DNA of 64,000 nucleotides from Octopus vulgaris (GCA_951406725.2 OX597825.1:61504001-61568000), one strand, 5' to 3'; positions 25,235-38,609 are shown, counted from the stretch's first letter. Numbers and translations: made by a program. The notes: generated by a model not told the origin, from the sequence alone.

Positions 25235-25533
25235 AAGTTGAAATTGCACAAGGATTTGTTTAGATCTTTTATTTAAAAATTTTTAAAGACCTAACCGGTT
25301 TCAGTGATTTCTCTGATTTTCAAAAGTTGAGAGAGAAAGACATGAAGCTATAGACCAATTTCTTATTCCAATCAGACAAATTTCTAATTCCAATCAGAAG
25401 GAAGGCAGCTGCAGCATAGCTCCACATTTTCTCTCTCTACTTTTGAAAATCAAAGATAATCAGGGAAACTGGTTAAGATTTGTTTAAATTTTTTAATAAA
25501 AAATTTAAATGAATCCCAGTTAACTTTAAACTT
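25235..25533. mobile_element. Diverged inverted-repeat element in (TA)n
   Basis: ~115-bp arms (25235-25351 / 25416-25533), each containing GAAAC(C/T)GGTTA. Confidence 0.7.
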
Positions 25534-25554
25534 ATATATATATATATATATATA

Positions 25555-25785
25555 CCGGAGTAAACACATAAATGTGAAACAAGGTGGAAAAAAGAGTACT
25601 CAAATACCAGTGGTAGAGTAATATGCTTTATTTTAAGCAGCAGAAAATTCAACAAAATCTGTTACTCTGAGTTTCTCGTTGCCGTTCATCAGACAGTTTT
25701 TGCTGAGCGAAAAACTGTCTGATGAACGGCAACGAGAAACTCAGAGTAACAGATTTTGTTGAATTTTCTGCTGCTTAAAATAAAG
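25555..25785. mobile_element. PLE-terminus-like element: perfect 76-bp inverted repeat with a hammerhead on each strand
   Basis: 25626-25701 is the exact reverse complement of 25710-25785. Plus-strand HHR: ACTGT CTGATGA ACG GCAA CGA GAAA CTCAGA GTA ACAG, then AATAAA. Flanked by (TA)n. Confidence 0.85.
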
Positions 25786-26173
25786 TATATATATATATAT
25801 ATATATATATAACCTTGTGGAATAATATAACTTTCTTTTATATGTATGTGTGTGTATGTTTGTGTGTATGTTTGTGTGTGTATGTGTGTGTCTGTCTGTG
25901 TGTATAAAACTTTGTAAGATGTTTTAAAAATTACACTTGTAATGCTCAAGCACAATTTGAATCCCATATATACAACATAGAGATATACTTACCAGATAAT
26001 TGACCCAATGGTTCAATATCTAGAAGGCAAAAATAGGCAAAATCAAAAATATAATTCTAGACCAAATTACTTACATTTAATAAACAGAAGGTAGTACACT
26101 ACGACTGTGTATATATATATATACATATATATGTAGGTCCTGGGTTGAGTCGGGGTTAACCACAGTAAATAAG

Positions 26174-26225
26174 GTACTCCTGATGATTTCTTTTGAATGA
26201 AACAGTTCTAGTCCTGTAGAAGCTC
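26174..26225 (+). ncRNA. Type I hammerhead motif with closed stem III
   Basis: CTGATGA (26180-86) TTTC TTTT GAAT GAAA CAG TTCTAGTC CTG TA. Stem I is weak. Lies within a ~110-bp insert between TA runs. Confidence 0.65.
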
Positions 26226-26432
26226 CTTCTATAAAATAAATATATACATATATATATATATATAAACAGTCTTTAGAGCGTAGGCTCGAAACGTTAAAGA
26301 CTTTTTCACTTCCCAAGTGTTAAACTAATACATCTGTTGTCTACACCACCTGTCTTTGCATTTTGTTTTTTTTTTGTAACCCATGCTAGCATGGAAAGCG
26401 GACGTTAAACAATGATGATGATGATGATGATG

Positions 26433-26485
<53 letters not shown>

Positions 26486-26488
<3 letters not shown>

Positions 26489-26854
26489 ATATATATAAAC
26501 GGCAGTTTGTCTGTGTGTGTTTCTGTGTGTCTGTTAGGTGGTACCCTCACCCTGACCACGGCTTTCAACTGATTCTGGTGAAACTTGACACACACATAGC
26601 CCAATGTCATAATTCAAAACTAACGCAGCAAAAATTTTGAAAAGTTCCCCCAGTTCTGAAAAAAATCGATAAATTCGACATGGGGTCGAGAATCAGAAAC
26701 ACAAACCACAGACTGTCTAGGGGACGCAACTCGACCTTTTTAACTAAAAAAAAATTTACCATAATTTTTTTTCCATTTTTTGGCTATAACTCTCTAAAAA
26801 TGCTTTATAGTTATTTCCCTTACAAACCCGAGCAACGCCGGGCGATACTGCTAG
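26486..26854 (+). mobile_element. Non-autonomous Helitron
   Basis: 5' TCTATATATATAAAC; 3' CCCGAGCAACGCCGGG hairpin plus CTAG|T. Confidence 0.88.
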
Positions 26855-27089
26855 TATAATATAGTTTTGTGATAGAAAATTTAACAAAAAGTGTATTCCA
26901 TCTGATGAGAGATAAATATTATGTTTTTAAAGGGGACAATACATGTATTTAAGCACTACCAATAGTTTTATATGCTAATAAAAGAATCTTATATATATTT
27001 TTTATGGTATGTGAGTGTGTTTTCCCCCTCACTTGATTCGTATGCATTAATTGTAAACCAATTTTTAGCCATAGAACTGTTTATATTCT

Positions 27090-27370
27090 GTTCTGAGGCA
27101 CGAGTCTGGGCAAGGTTGTTTATGGAAGACTAGCAGTTGCCCATGCATACCAACCTCCCCTCTCCATGTCACCAATATTATCGAAGAGAAAAACAAAAGC
27201 CAATAGAGCTTGGCACCAGTGACATCACAACCTAATTCTATTGCTGAATGGACTGGAACAATGTGAAATAAAGTGTCTTGCTCAAGAGCATAACACACAG
27301 CCTTGTGTGGAATTGAACTCACTATCTCATCCTTGTGAGCCTGATACTCTAACCCCTGAGCGATGCACCT
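27090..27370 (-). mobile_element. tRNA-derived SINE family E
   Basis: Homologous to 47235-47570(+): TGTGTTCTTGAGCAAGACACTTTATTTC core and CCATAAACAACCTTGCCCAGAC 3' part. Confidence 0.75.
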
Positions 27371-28341
27371 TCACTTTGTTCAAAGGCCTAAGGCAAATAT
27401 TACATCATTACCTTACTTGTAAAACAGGTGTGGGTTGACAACAGGAAGAGCATGCAATAGCTACAGAAAAATTTGCCTAATAAAATTTCCTCTGACCCAT
27501 GCAAGCATAGGAAAATGAACGTCAAAACAATAGTAATGGTCATATAGAGACAAAAAAAGTGGGCTTAATGTGTGCGTATTGTGTAGTGTATGTTTATCAT
27601 ATAGTAATAGGTAGTTCATTCATTTCATAGTCTGTAGTCTCACATATAGTTTTTTCTTATACATGTGTGTTCTTTTTGTATACCCCAGTAAAACAGATGT
27701 CTTCTCTATCATTAATTGATGGTACAGTGAGTAACTACAAAACTATTTAATCTTAAACTAGTCGGTCAAAAGAAACTATTGTACGTACGAATATTTATAA
27801 TCTCTGAATATAATTTTTTACAAGAAGCTACTTCTTATTTCAGACTTTCTTTATCCAAGAGTAACATTTGATAGTAATTAGGATTTGAAAAAGCAATGGA
27901 CTAGATTTTTCACTGGGTGAACAATTATATAAGAATCTTGGATAACGTTTCTGTTAGTGGCTGATTGGAGAAGAACTTTATGTGTTCGGCAATTTTATGC
28001 CTATATAAACATGTTTAAAACAACAAAACAGACAGAATTCAAATCAATAATTGATTCTTCACCCCACACCAACCAAAATGCAATAAATTAAGATGAAGCA
28101 TTTAAAAAAAACATAAACGTATTTACTATCTTCAAGTAAGAAATTGCGATTCCTCTCGTTAGATTAACCTTATTCTTGACCATATATCATTAGGTACAGG
28201 CATGACTGTTTGAATATATAAAAATGTGGTTTCGAGTTCTATTTCATAGAGTAACATGAACTCAGTGACATCTACTGTAACTTTAGCACGATCTGTGTCT
28301 TTGAGTGGAGCAGCTATATGTAATATATGTATGTATTTAGT

Positions 28342-28600
28342 GGAGGTGCGTGGCTTAGTGGTTAGGGTGTCGGTATCATGATCGTAAAAAATGGGGTTTC
28401 GATTCCTGGACCAGGCAATGCATTGTGTTCTTGAGCAAAACACTCCATTTTATGTTGCTCCAGTTCACTCAGCTGGCAAAAATGAGTACCGCTGTGATGG
28501 ACTGGCGTCCCGTCCACTTGGGAACACATATGCCATTGAAACAAGGAAACCGGGCCCATGAGCCTGGCTAGGCTTTAAAAAGGGCGCATTTATTTATTTA
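28342..28600 (+). mobile_element. tRNA-derived SINE family D
   Basis: A-box TGGCTTAGTGG, B-box GTTTCGATTCC, GATGGACTGGCGTCCCGTCC, (TTTA)n tail. Copies at 37235-37488(-) with TSD CTGTGCAAACTTA and 49430-49688(-) with TSD AGAAGATGACTT. Confidence 0.85.
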
Positions 28601-30502
28601 TGTATGTATGTAATTATTCAGTTTAATTCCAGATTTCTTCCCAATAGAGAAAGAGTCAGATTCTAACCCATAAACAATATCAACAGGGTATTTTTTCATG
28701 TATGTGTGAGTGTATGTGCAGAATTTTGAGTCAGTGCATATGCAGATGTGTATGTTTCGTTTTATGTATGTATCTTCATGCATATAGTGGCATACTGAGA
28801 CATGCACATATATAGTTAAATGATAAACTTCTGGAAAGTATGTATGAATGTATCTATCTATGCATATTGTCTTCATCATCATCATTATTTAACGTCCGCT
28901 TTCCATGCTAGCATGGGTTGGACGATTTGATTGAGGCCTGGTGAACCAGATGGCTGCACCAGACTCCAATCTGATCTGGCAGAGTTTCTACAGCTGGATT
29001 CCCTTCCTCATGCCAACCACTCCAAGTGTGTAGTGGGTGCTTTTATGTGCCACTGGCACGAGGGCCAGTTGGGCAGTACTGGCAATGGTCATGCTCAAAT
29101 GGTGTTTTTTACATGCCACCTTCACAGGCACCAGTCCAGTGGCACTAGCAATGACCTCGCTTGAATGTTGTTTTTCACATACCACCGGCACAAGTGCCAG
29201 TAAGGCAATGCTGGTAATGAGCCTGCACCAAACTTCTGTAACTGTTTCGGCAGAGTTTTGCAGCTAGATGCCCTTCCTATCATCAACCACTCAGCAGAGT
29301 GTGTTCATGCGTGTGTGTGTGTGTGAATTATACATGTATATTCTTCAGGATTCAAAAGAATCAAGATATTTAAATAACAATGATACCAAGGTAGAGTTAG
29401 TGATAGTGCACCTGTTCACTAAAAGAGTGTACATGAAACCAAAACATAAGGGTCAATACACATTATATGCTACTTGTGTGAAGAATTCTAAATGTTAAAT
29501 TTTACTCATTACTCATCTGAAGGAAACGATTCTTTTATATGAATTAATTGTTTTGTTCATCAATAAAGAACATGTCTGAAACAGTTGTAGGGAACCCATC
29601 TATTTTATATATATATGTATTTGTGTGTGTATGTGCGAATTATATATATTGATTTACTACCTGAAGAAAAAGTGCTGTACACAATAACACATATAGTAGA
29701 ATTTATTTGTTTGTAGTTGATGTCTAAATCTGTTGCTAATCCAATATTTTGCTATGAATGAAACTTTACATGACAGAAGGAATACACCTATCAAGAAGCA
29801 CTAATTTGTAGCTAAACATAAAAATCTCCTCTTCTTTTCATCTCTGCAGTTCTAATAAAATAATTAACTGTAAAGCAATTGTTGATGATATTTTCATTAC
29901 GGAAATTATGTCAATGTACCCAATCAAATAATGAAATCAATATGGTTATCTCCAATAACTTACATCAAGTTTGAATGTTGATTACTGATATAAAACTACG
30001 GTTACTCAACGATTAGTAGTTGGGCAAATATTCAGATGAACATTACCATTCTATTTGAAACCAAATTTTAGCAGTTATACATTCCTACATATATCTTTGA
30101 TCATTTGATACTTCAGGTTGGTAGTAAAAATATATAAACCATATAAACTATTAGAATTATATGTTTGTAGTATTTTTGTTCAGCCATTAATTCTGTTATC
30201 ATTCGTACTGTGACTGAGCTGAGCATTATCTAATACGTTATTATATAGGTCATTAATATCATGATACCTGATTCTATTTTATTTTACCTGTGATTTATAA
30301 TATACATTATCTATTGAACTTATTACATCTCATCAGATTAAAAGAAAAATTAGGGAATATTGGTCATGATAGCTATAGAATCATATGATAGGTGGTTCCA
30401 TCATATGAGTGAAAGCTGTTAGCTTGTATTACATACTATAGACATGGAACCACCAATAGCTAGTTGACAGTGAAACTGGTAGATAGAAATTTGAAGAAGC
30501 TT

Positions 30503-30549
<47 letters not shown>

Positions 30550-33272
30550 TCTCTCACACACACACGTACATATATACGTATATTTACATATATATACATC
30601 ATCATCATCGTTTAACGTCCGTTCTCCATGCTAGCATGGGTTGGACGGTTCGACTGGGGATCTGGGAAGCCAGAAGGCTGCACCAGGCTCCAGTCTGATC
30701 TGGCAGTGTTTCTACAGCTGGATGCCCTTCCTAACGCCAACCACTCCGTGAGTGTGGTGGGTGCTTTTTACGTGCCATTGGCACAGGGGCCAGGCGAGGC
30801 TGGCAACGGCCACGATCGGATTGGTGCTTTTTACGTGCCACCGTCGGGCTTCTTTCAGTTCTGTCTATCAAATCTACTCACAAGGGTTTGGTCAGCCTGA
30901 GGCCATCATAGAATGCACTTGCCCAAGTCGCCATGCAGTGGGACCAAATCCAAAACTATATGGTTGGGAAGCAAGCTTCTTCCCACACAGCCACACACAA
31001 TTTTTTTATAAAATACATTTGATCTTTACTTGATTGGTGTTGCTTAATTAAAATATCAAATATGTCCTCAAATACTTCTTGTACCCTATATATAGACACA
31101 CACACATATATATGTATATCATCATCATCATCGTCGTCGTCGTTTAGTGTCTGCTTTCCATGCTGGTATGGGTTGGACGATTTGACTGACGACTGGCAAG
31201 CCCGGAGGCTGCACCAGGCTCCAATCTGACTTGGCAAGGTTTCTACAGCTGGATGCCCTTCCTAACGCCAACCACATCGAGAACGTAGTGGGTATTTTTT
31301 CATGTGCCACTGGTATGGGAGCCAGTCAGGAAGCATTAGCATCGACCATGCTTGAATGGTGGTTTTTATGCATATATATATATATGTGTGTATATACATG
31401 TGTGCGTGTTTGAGTTTATTTGTATGAGTGACTTTATATTTCCCTTATCTTCATGTGTATTTTCTGACTATAAACAACTACTTTGCTATCCATTCTGGCA
31501 ATGTCTTCTGGTTGTATTTGATCAAAGCATTTCCAGGATTCTTGAAATGCCTTGATGTGTTTCACAATCTTTGTAAACAAAATGCTTTTTCAAAAGTTGT
31601 TTGTTTCCAGTTCTCTGCATAAACATGTGTGGGTTTTTCATTGTTCAATAGACTAGAGGGTTATCGACTTTCTTGGAAATAGGTGGGTATCAGTATCAGT
31701 GAAGACATCCAGTCATTGAAACTCTACCCCAATATACTTTCATCCAACCAATACAACCATGGAAAGTATGCATTAAACCAATAATGACAAGCTACTATAG
31801 TACATAAGATCTAAATTTTGTTGGCAGAATCATTAGACTTTCAGAATAAATATCTTGTGTCATTTGTTCTGAGCCTTAACATTCTGTGTTCAAATCCTTT
31901 TGGGATCACATTTATCTGTCATTCATCCAGGATTGATAAGATAAGACAGTTGTCAAATATTGGGGATTAATAATATCAACTAACCCCTTAAACACAAAAC
32001 TGAAGGTATTGTTTCCAAATCAGAAAAAGGAGTCATACATTAGCAGAATCTGTTACCCAGTTCAATACTTCCGACTGAATCATTGAGAGCCTTTAACAGT
32101 GATTCCTCTGTTACGAGCATTTGGATAAGGTTTCTGTTTCAAGGGTACTTTGCTTTTTCTAGGATTTAAAACCCTATATTATGTCATGGGTGCTGCCTCT
32201 CCTCTTTAGTAAATAATAAAAGAAACAAAACAATAAAAGAACCAAGTCATTTAGTATTATTATTTCTTCATTTACATGTTTTATCTGTAATTGTTGGATT
32301 ATGTCATTAATACAGTTGCATCCATATCAATTTATTCAAAAATATGCTTTTAATGTTGCAACAAATGAGAAAACTATATGGTACAACATGCTCTCTAATA
32401 TTCTTCCTTTCTATAACAATTTCTTTCTGTCTTGGATAATTACGACTAAATAATATGATAAACTGTCATAAATATTTCTTAATACCATTACCAATTTGTA
32501 TTATTATTGTCAAAACAATGACCACTCGAATGAAATAATGGGTAGAAATGTGCTGGTTAAAATGGGAAAGTCGTGGCTAATGGCTATTAACAATTAAGAT
32601 AAAAATTGCAAAAGTTGGGTTAATTATTGCCAAATGCTAATTTAATTTTGCTGCATGATGGAAAATATTCCAATACATCGGAATAATGATTCCCAATAGT
32701 GTTTGTTAGTTAGAATAATTATTGCTTAATGTTGTGGAAAGCTGGAATGATTAAAGGTTTTGCTGAATTTTGTGGTAAATTGAAAGACAAGTGAAGTGTA
32801 TTGTGATGCTTTATTTCAAAACAATTTCCAGTTGCTTTGAGCAATTTTTCCTTCTTATTAAGTTTATTTTTTCTGATGATTTCTATCACTTCATTTTATT
32901 TAAACTGTTGTTAAGATGTTCTTCATGCTTGTTTAATCATCAGTAAATAAGAAAAAACAAGAAAATGAAAATTTGATATATTAGTTACTTCATATTTATA
33001 TTACTTTTATAACTCTTTCAAAAACTATATAGTTCATATCAAACTACAAGTAGATTTTTAAAAATTTCCCTAATTCATTTCACAAAATTTTCAGTGATAT
33101 CAAACAATTACCTGAATCTGCCTCTAGCCATATGATAGAAAATGTGAGTGTATTTTAAAACCCTTTTCTTACAAACCCATCTAAGACCACCCTTTGATTC
33201 TTTGATATAAACTTAATATTTTAAAGGAATCTAAATAATCAAAATCTTCCATCAAAATTTCATGTTAATATA

Positions 33273-33858
33273 CAGGGAGATTGAGAAGTAACTCCCTATT
33301 TTAAAATACTTATGATTTATTTATTAACTATAATTTTTAGAAAAAATGAATATGTAAAGAAAGTGTATAGCATGGAATTTTATTTAAAATTTGATATAGG
33401 CATCAGCATTCACCACCAGCTTCTGAAGCCACCTGGGAACCACATCAACTGGTTTCATCAGGAAGTCTTGTGGTATGCAAGACATAACTTCTCGTATTCA
33501 CCCTTCAAGTTCTTCCAAAGTCATTGGTTTGGTAGAGAAGACTTCCTCCTTTAACCAACCCCAAAGAAAACAGCTGCAGGGTGTTAAATCAGGGCTTCTG
33601 GCCAGCCAGTCATGCAGACCTTGATGAATTGGAAGGACGACCACTTCAAGTATAGGCTACAAATCCTGTAGACGTGAATTTTGCATGGCAATTCTTGATT
33701 ATCAATTTAAGCATGTCTTCCTCTAATGGCCCTCCACCATCTTTGCACTTGAACAACTGATCTCTAAACTTCGTTATGTCCAGCTAGCTGGGCATGCTCC
33801 TGCACAGTAAAATATCCAGCCATGTTTGTAGGGCTTCTAAATTTCAAACAAAATAATC

Positions 33859-33901
<43 letters not shown>

Positions 33902-34195
33902 GTTTAACGTCCGCTTTCCATGCTAGCATGGGTTGGACGGTTCAACTGGGGTCTGTGAAGCCAGAAGGCTGCACCAGGCCCAGTCTGATCTGGCAGTGTT
34001 TCTACGGCTGGATGCCCTTCCTAATGCCAACCACTCCGTGAGTGTAGTGGGTGCTTTTTACGTGAGACAAAAAACAACATGGAATCAATTCCCATACATT
34101 AAAGAACATACACAACAAATTTGAGAAAAAGAAATTATAGTTAATAAATAAATTATAAGCATTTTAAAATAGGGAGTTACTTTCCAATCACCCTG
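33273..34195 (-). mobile_element. Internally deleted Tc1/mariner element of rosa/DD41D-like type, with a nested family-A insertion
   Basis: ~40-bp TIRs CAGGG(A/T)GATTG..AAGTAACTCCCTATTTTAAAAT, TA-flanked. Minus frames: N-terminal MAGYFTVQEHAQ..SVVQVQRWW..SGRPS and C-terminal ARSPDLTPC..FLWGWLKEEVFSTKPMTLEELE. Confidence 0.85.
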
Positions 34196-35080
34196 TATGT
34201 TCCAAACACCAGTTTTATAATGACAAAATTAATTTATAATTCTTACTTATTTTCAACACTAATTTAATATGAAGATAGTGTATTTCTATAGAAATATGGT
34301 AAGAAATGTGTAAATGTATAATCTGATTTTAATTCAAGAATCTTTTGTTAAGTTATACTCTAAATACCAGCTTAATAGAAAAAAAGCCAATTATTTTGCT
34401 AAATCCTTACAAATTCTTGATTATTTTCAAAATTAATTAAAATACATGTTTTATTATAAACACAGTTATGAAAGAATGAGACATGTATCTTATGTGATGG
34501 TATATAAAATGTCTGCAGGAATAAATTGTCTACTATTATCTATTCTGAATAGTGCCTTAGTATGTCAACTTTAAACTTGTTCAGCAGTCCTTTCATTGAA
34601 CGGTATTTTACAAACGTCCCTTTCCATGTACTGAATTGATCACTATATAAAAAAGCAGGTTATCATATTTTAACGTGTGTAAGGAACCCTTTTTTGTCAA
34701 AAATTAGGTTAAAAAAATATGGGAGTTTCTTATACATGAATAGTATAATAACCCCTTACAAAACCTTTTATCCAAATTTTAAGCCCCCAAAATTAGAAGG
34801 TTCCTTAAACACATTAAAATACAGTAATTTAATAAAAAACAAGCTAATTTTCTTCATTTATTTATTATCCATATCTCTTTCTATTATCCCTACCAGAATG
34901 TGCCTTCTTTAAATAAATATTTATATGGACTAATACCTACTATGTTAAATTTTTATGGAAATCCATAACGAAGGCAATAATCTTTTCTACTATAGGTAGA
35001 AAGCCAGAAATATCAGAGGTAGGAAATAATACATCCATGACTGAAGGAATTCTTTACCTTTCTCTCTCTCTCTCCATATA

Positions 35081-35590
35081 TCTATATATATAAAACTGTA
35101 GTTGTGTGAGTGTCTGTCCCCTTTGATTTAGATTCCTAACTACTCCCACATTTTGCGGTGCAGTTTAACAAAATTCGGGTATCTTATAGTCGTGATTCAT
35201 ATCGAGCCCGTCTGAGTATTAGCACGCGTCTACGATGAGTCTACGATTTTAAAATAATTTAACAATTTTTTATTCCATTTTAATGCATAATTTTTCGTGT
35301 GTCGATGGCGGCGGAGTTGGCCGTCCATGGTCACACCTGCACCTGTTTGCTTCTCCCATTTCTTCCCTCCCTCGTGAAGCTGTGGGGAAGGGAGTGTAAG
35401 GAAATCAACGTCATAAAGCGTTGTCAGGGAGACCAGCGTTCTTTTAGAACAACGACTTCATGGCTTGAAGACACCAAAACAGAAATGGCTAAGAAAGCCC
35501 GAATTGGCATCTATAAGGGAAGTAACTCTCTAAAAATGCTTATATAGTTATTTCCCTTACAAACCCTAGCAACGCCGGGCGATACTGCTA

Positions 35591-35591
<1 letters not shown>
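35081..35591 (+). mobile_element. Non-autonomous Helitron
   Basis: 5' TCTATATATATAAAAC; 3' hairpin plus CTAG|T. The last ~68 bp are nearly identical to 26786-26854. Confidence 0.88.
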
Positions 35592-35635
<44 letters not shown>

Positions 35636-38578
35636 TTACTTGGTTTAAATATTTTATTGATAAGGAAAAGCACAGTCCCTCTAAATATCCACTATCTTCT
35701 AAAGTACTTCCTTAATACAGTGAAGTCACAATATCTTGAAGTGTGGACTGTGGCCTATATTGAGAACTATTACTTATCCTTACTAATATCAATAAAAGAC
35801 TTGCTTAGTTCAACTAAATTTGGCTGATTTACATGTGAATTATTAAATTAATGTTAAGTGAAGGCAACCGACACTTAAGAATAAGGAACTAATTAGATTC
35901 TAGTAATTTAGCTTAATCTTTCTTAATTCTGAATTTCACATTAGTTGAAGTCAACTGTAATATTTCTTTATCGCAAATCAATTTATGAATAATGAAGGCC
36001 AGTAAACAGAAATGTTGAGATAAGATTTTACAATTAATGATTTTAAAATTCCAGGTTGCACTTGGAACATTTTTGGTAATAATAATGAATGTTCTAATTG
36101 ATAGTCAATGGACCCATGTGTTCATGAAATTAATGTGCAAGTGGCTGAGTACTCCACAGACATGTGTACCCTTAATGTCATTCTCAGGGAGATTCAGCAT
36201 CACATTATGCAACAAAGATAGCCCCTTTGAAATACAAGTACAACTCGTTTTTACAAGTTGAGTGGACTGGAAGAACAGAAATAAGTGTCTCCTACAGGCT
36301 GCTAGGAATTGAACTCATGACCTTATATTCTTCAGTTGAATAATTTAACCACTAAGCTACCTGCCTTCATGTGCCTACAGTCTGTAATCTATGTTTTCAC
36401 AGATTCGTTTTCCTGTCAGTTTAAAGTGTTGTATTCCAGCATAGTATATATATATTTCTTTACTACCCACAAGAGGCTAAACATAAAGGGGATAAACAAG
36501 GACAGACAAACGGATTAAGTCGATTACATCGACCTCAGTACGAAACTGGTACTTTATTTATCGACCCCAAAAGGATGAAAGGCAAAATATACCTCGGCGG
36601 AATTTGAACTCAGAACGTAACGTCAGACGAAATACCGCTAAGCATTTCGCCCGGCGCGATAATGTTTCTGCCACCTCACCAGCATAGTATATATAAGCGT
36701 GTATATGCATGTAATCGTGTATATATGATTATATATATGCATGCACATTATATCATCGCCATTGTCATCACCATCATTAAAGTCCATTTTCCATCCTAGT
36801 GTGGGTTGACTTGGCTTGGTTTTATTGATAGATGTCCCTTCTAATACCAACCACTTTACGGCATGTGCTAACTGCTTTTCCCAAGGAACTGGGAAGCAAT
36901 TTGTAAGACCCCACACATTCCTAGGTTAATTTTGAAGTTAAATATCAATTTCTTTAGCTCATAAGCTATGGTATATTTGGACTTGGTATAATAATGACAA
37001 CCATTGATGTGATTAACCATCTTACCCATGAACAATAACTATTCTCAGCCATTATTCACAAGCCAATTCAGAAGCTGTTTTCTAGTTTCTCAACCTGCTA
37101 GAAATACGTACCCACATTTTACAATCTTTGAAAGAAGTTCACACTGAACAGTGCAATTTCTTAGTGCATTACACCTGATCATCATAACTGGAATGTCTTT
37201 TCTCATAGCTATTCTCAATCTGTGCAAACTTAAAAATAAAATAAATAAATGTGCCATTTTAAAGCCTAGCCAGGCTCATGGGCCCAGTTTCCCGGTTTCT
37301 ATGTTAGCCAGTTAGATGGGAAGCCAGTCCATCGCAGCGTTACTCATTTTTGCCAGCTGAGTGGACTGGAGCAATGAGAAATGAAGTGTTTTGTTCAAGA
37401 CACAATGCGCTGTCCGGTCCAGGAATCAAGACCACAATCTTACAATCATGATGCTGACACCCTAACCACTAAGCCACGTGCCTCCACCTGTGCAAACTTA
37501 GGATTAAAATAAACAATAAATATTTACATGATGTTGTGACAAAACCAAATTCTACTGGAACTTTGTTGTATGTGTCTAGATGAGAAGACATTAAAAATAT
37601 CCCAAGACAATATGGCATGAAAAGTAGATAGAGGAGAAACTCTATATCAGGTAGATTTCTCTATGTTCTTGATAAAATTCTTCTTGAATTTGGAAAACAC
37701 AAAAGGATTACGTTTTTAATATTGCCTTATAGCTTATACATTTTTTGAAATGGGTGAAATGAAGGATAAGTTGATCTTTTAAGATCTAAATAGAATCAAA
37801 GTTAAAGAAGAAGCTAAACATTGATGTTAGGGCTGTGGTTCAGTGTTAAGCTATTGAAAGTTTAGATTTGAAATAAAGATTCCAGGTTCAAAATCTGCTT
37901 AGAAATATATTTAATTTTTTAACATTCCATATTAGCCTCTTTATCTTCTAATAGTCTTTCAAGGAAGAAATGACCTCATTTTTAATGATCTGAATCGAAT
38001 TAAAGAGAAGTTGTTCAGTTAAAGAAGAAACATCAAGTTTAGGATTGTGGTACTGAGTTTAAAAGAGCTGAAAGTCTAAATTTGAAATGAAATTCCCAGT
38101 TTCAAATCCTGGTTAGAAATTCATTTCATCTTAGGAGACTGGAGTACTGGAAGATAAATGGAATATAAACTAACAGAAACAGAATAAAGGAGAGAAACAA
38201 AGGAAATGAAGTAGTTTAAAAATTTCAAATTATTCTGGTTTTACAAGACACAAACATAGACCAAGTGGTTCAGAAGTTTGATTCATAACCAAAAGTTTCT
38301 GGGTTTAATTTGTGTTGTACATTGGGTGAGGGTCTCCTGTTATAGTATGGGTGGACTAATGTTTTCTGAGCAAAACTGTGTAAGTGGAAAGTGTATGGAA
38401 GCCTGTTGCATATGTATGCATATAACACAGGTGTAGGGTCGGTCATGTGCTTAAGAAGTATGCTTCACAACTGCTTTGTTAAAGGTTCAATTTCTGACAG
38501 AATCTTGGATCAAGTAAAGCATTGTAACTGAATTTAGCCAATGAAAACTAAAAGAAGCCCATCATATATATGTGTATT

Positions 38579-38609
<31 letters not shown>

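Noticed and set aside
28342-28415. tRNA-like sequence with A and B boxes
   Set aside because: Continues into a SINE body and tail and is multicopy; no clean acceptor stem, so a SINE head rather than a tRNA gene.
37800-38120. Two diverged ~105-bp direct repeats with faint A/B boxes (similar local duplication at 45295-45630)
   Set aside because: Too decayed to classify; ordinary old duplication.
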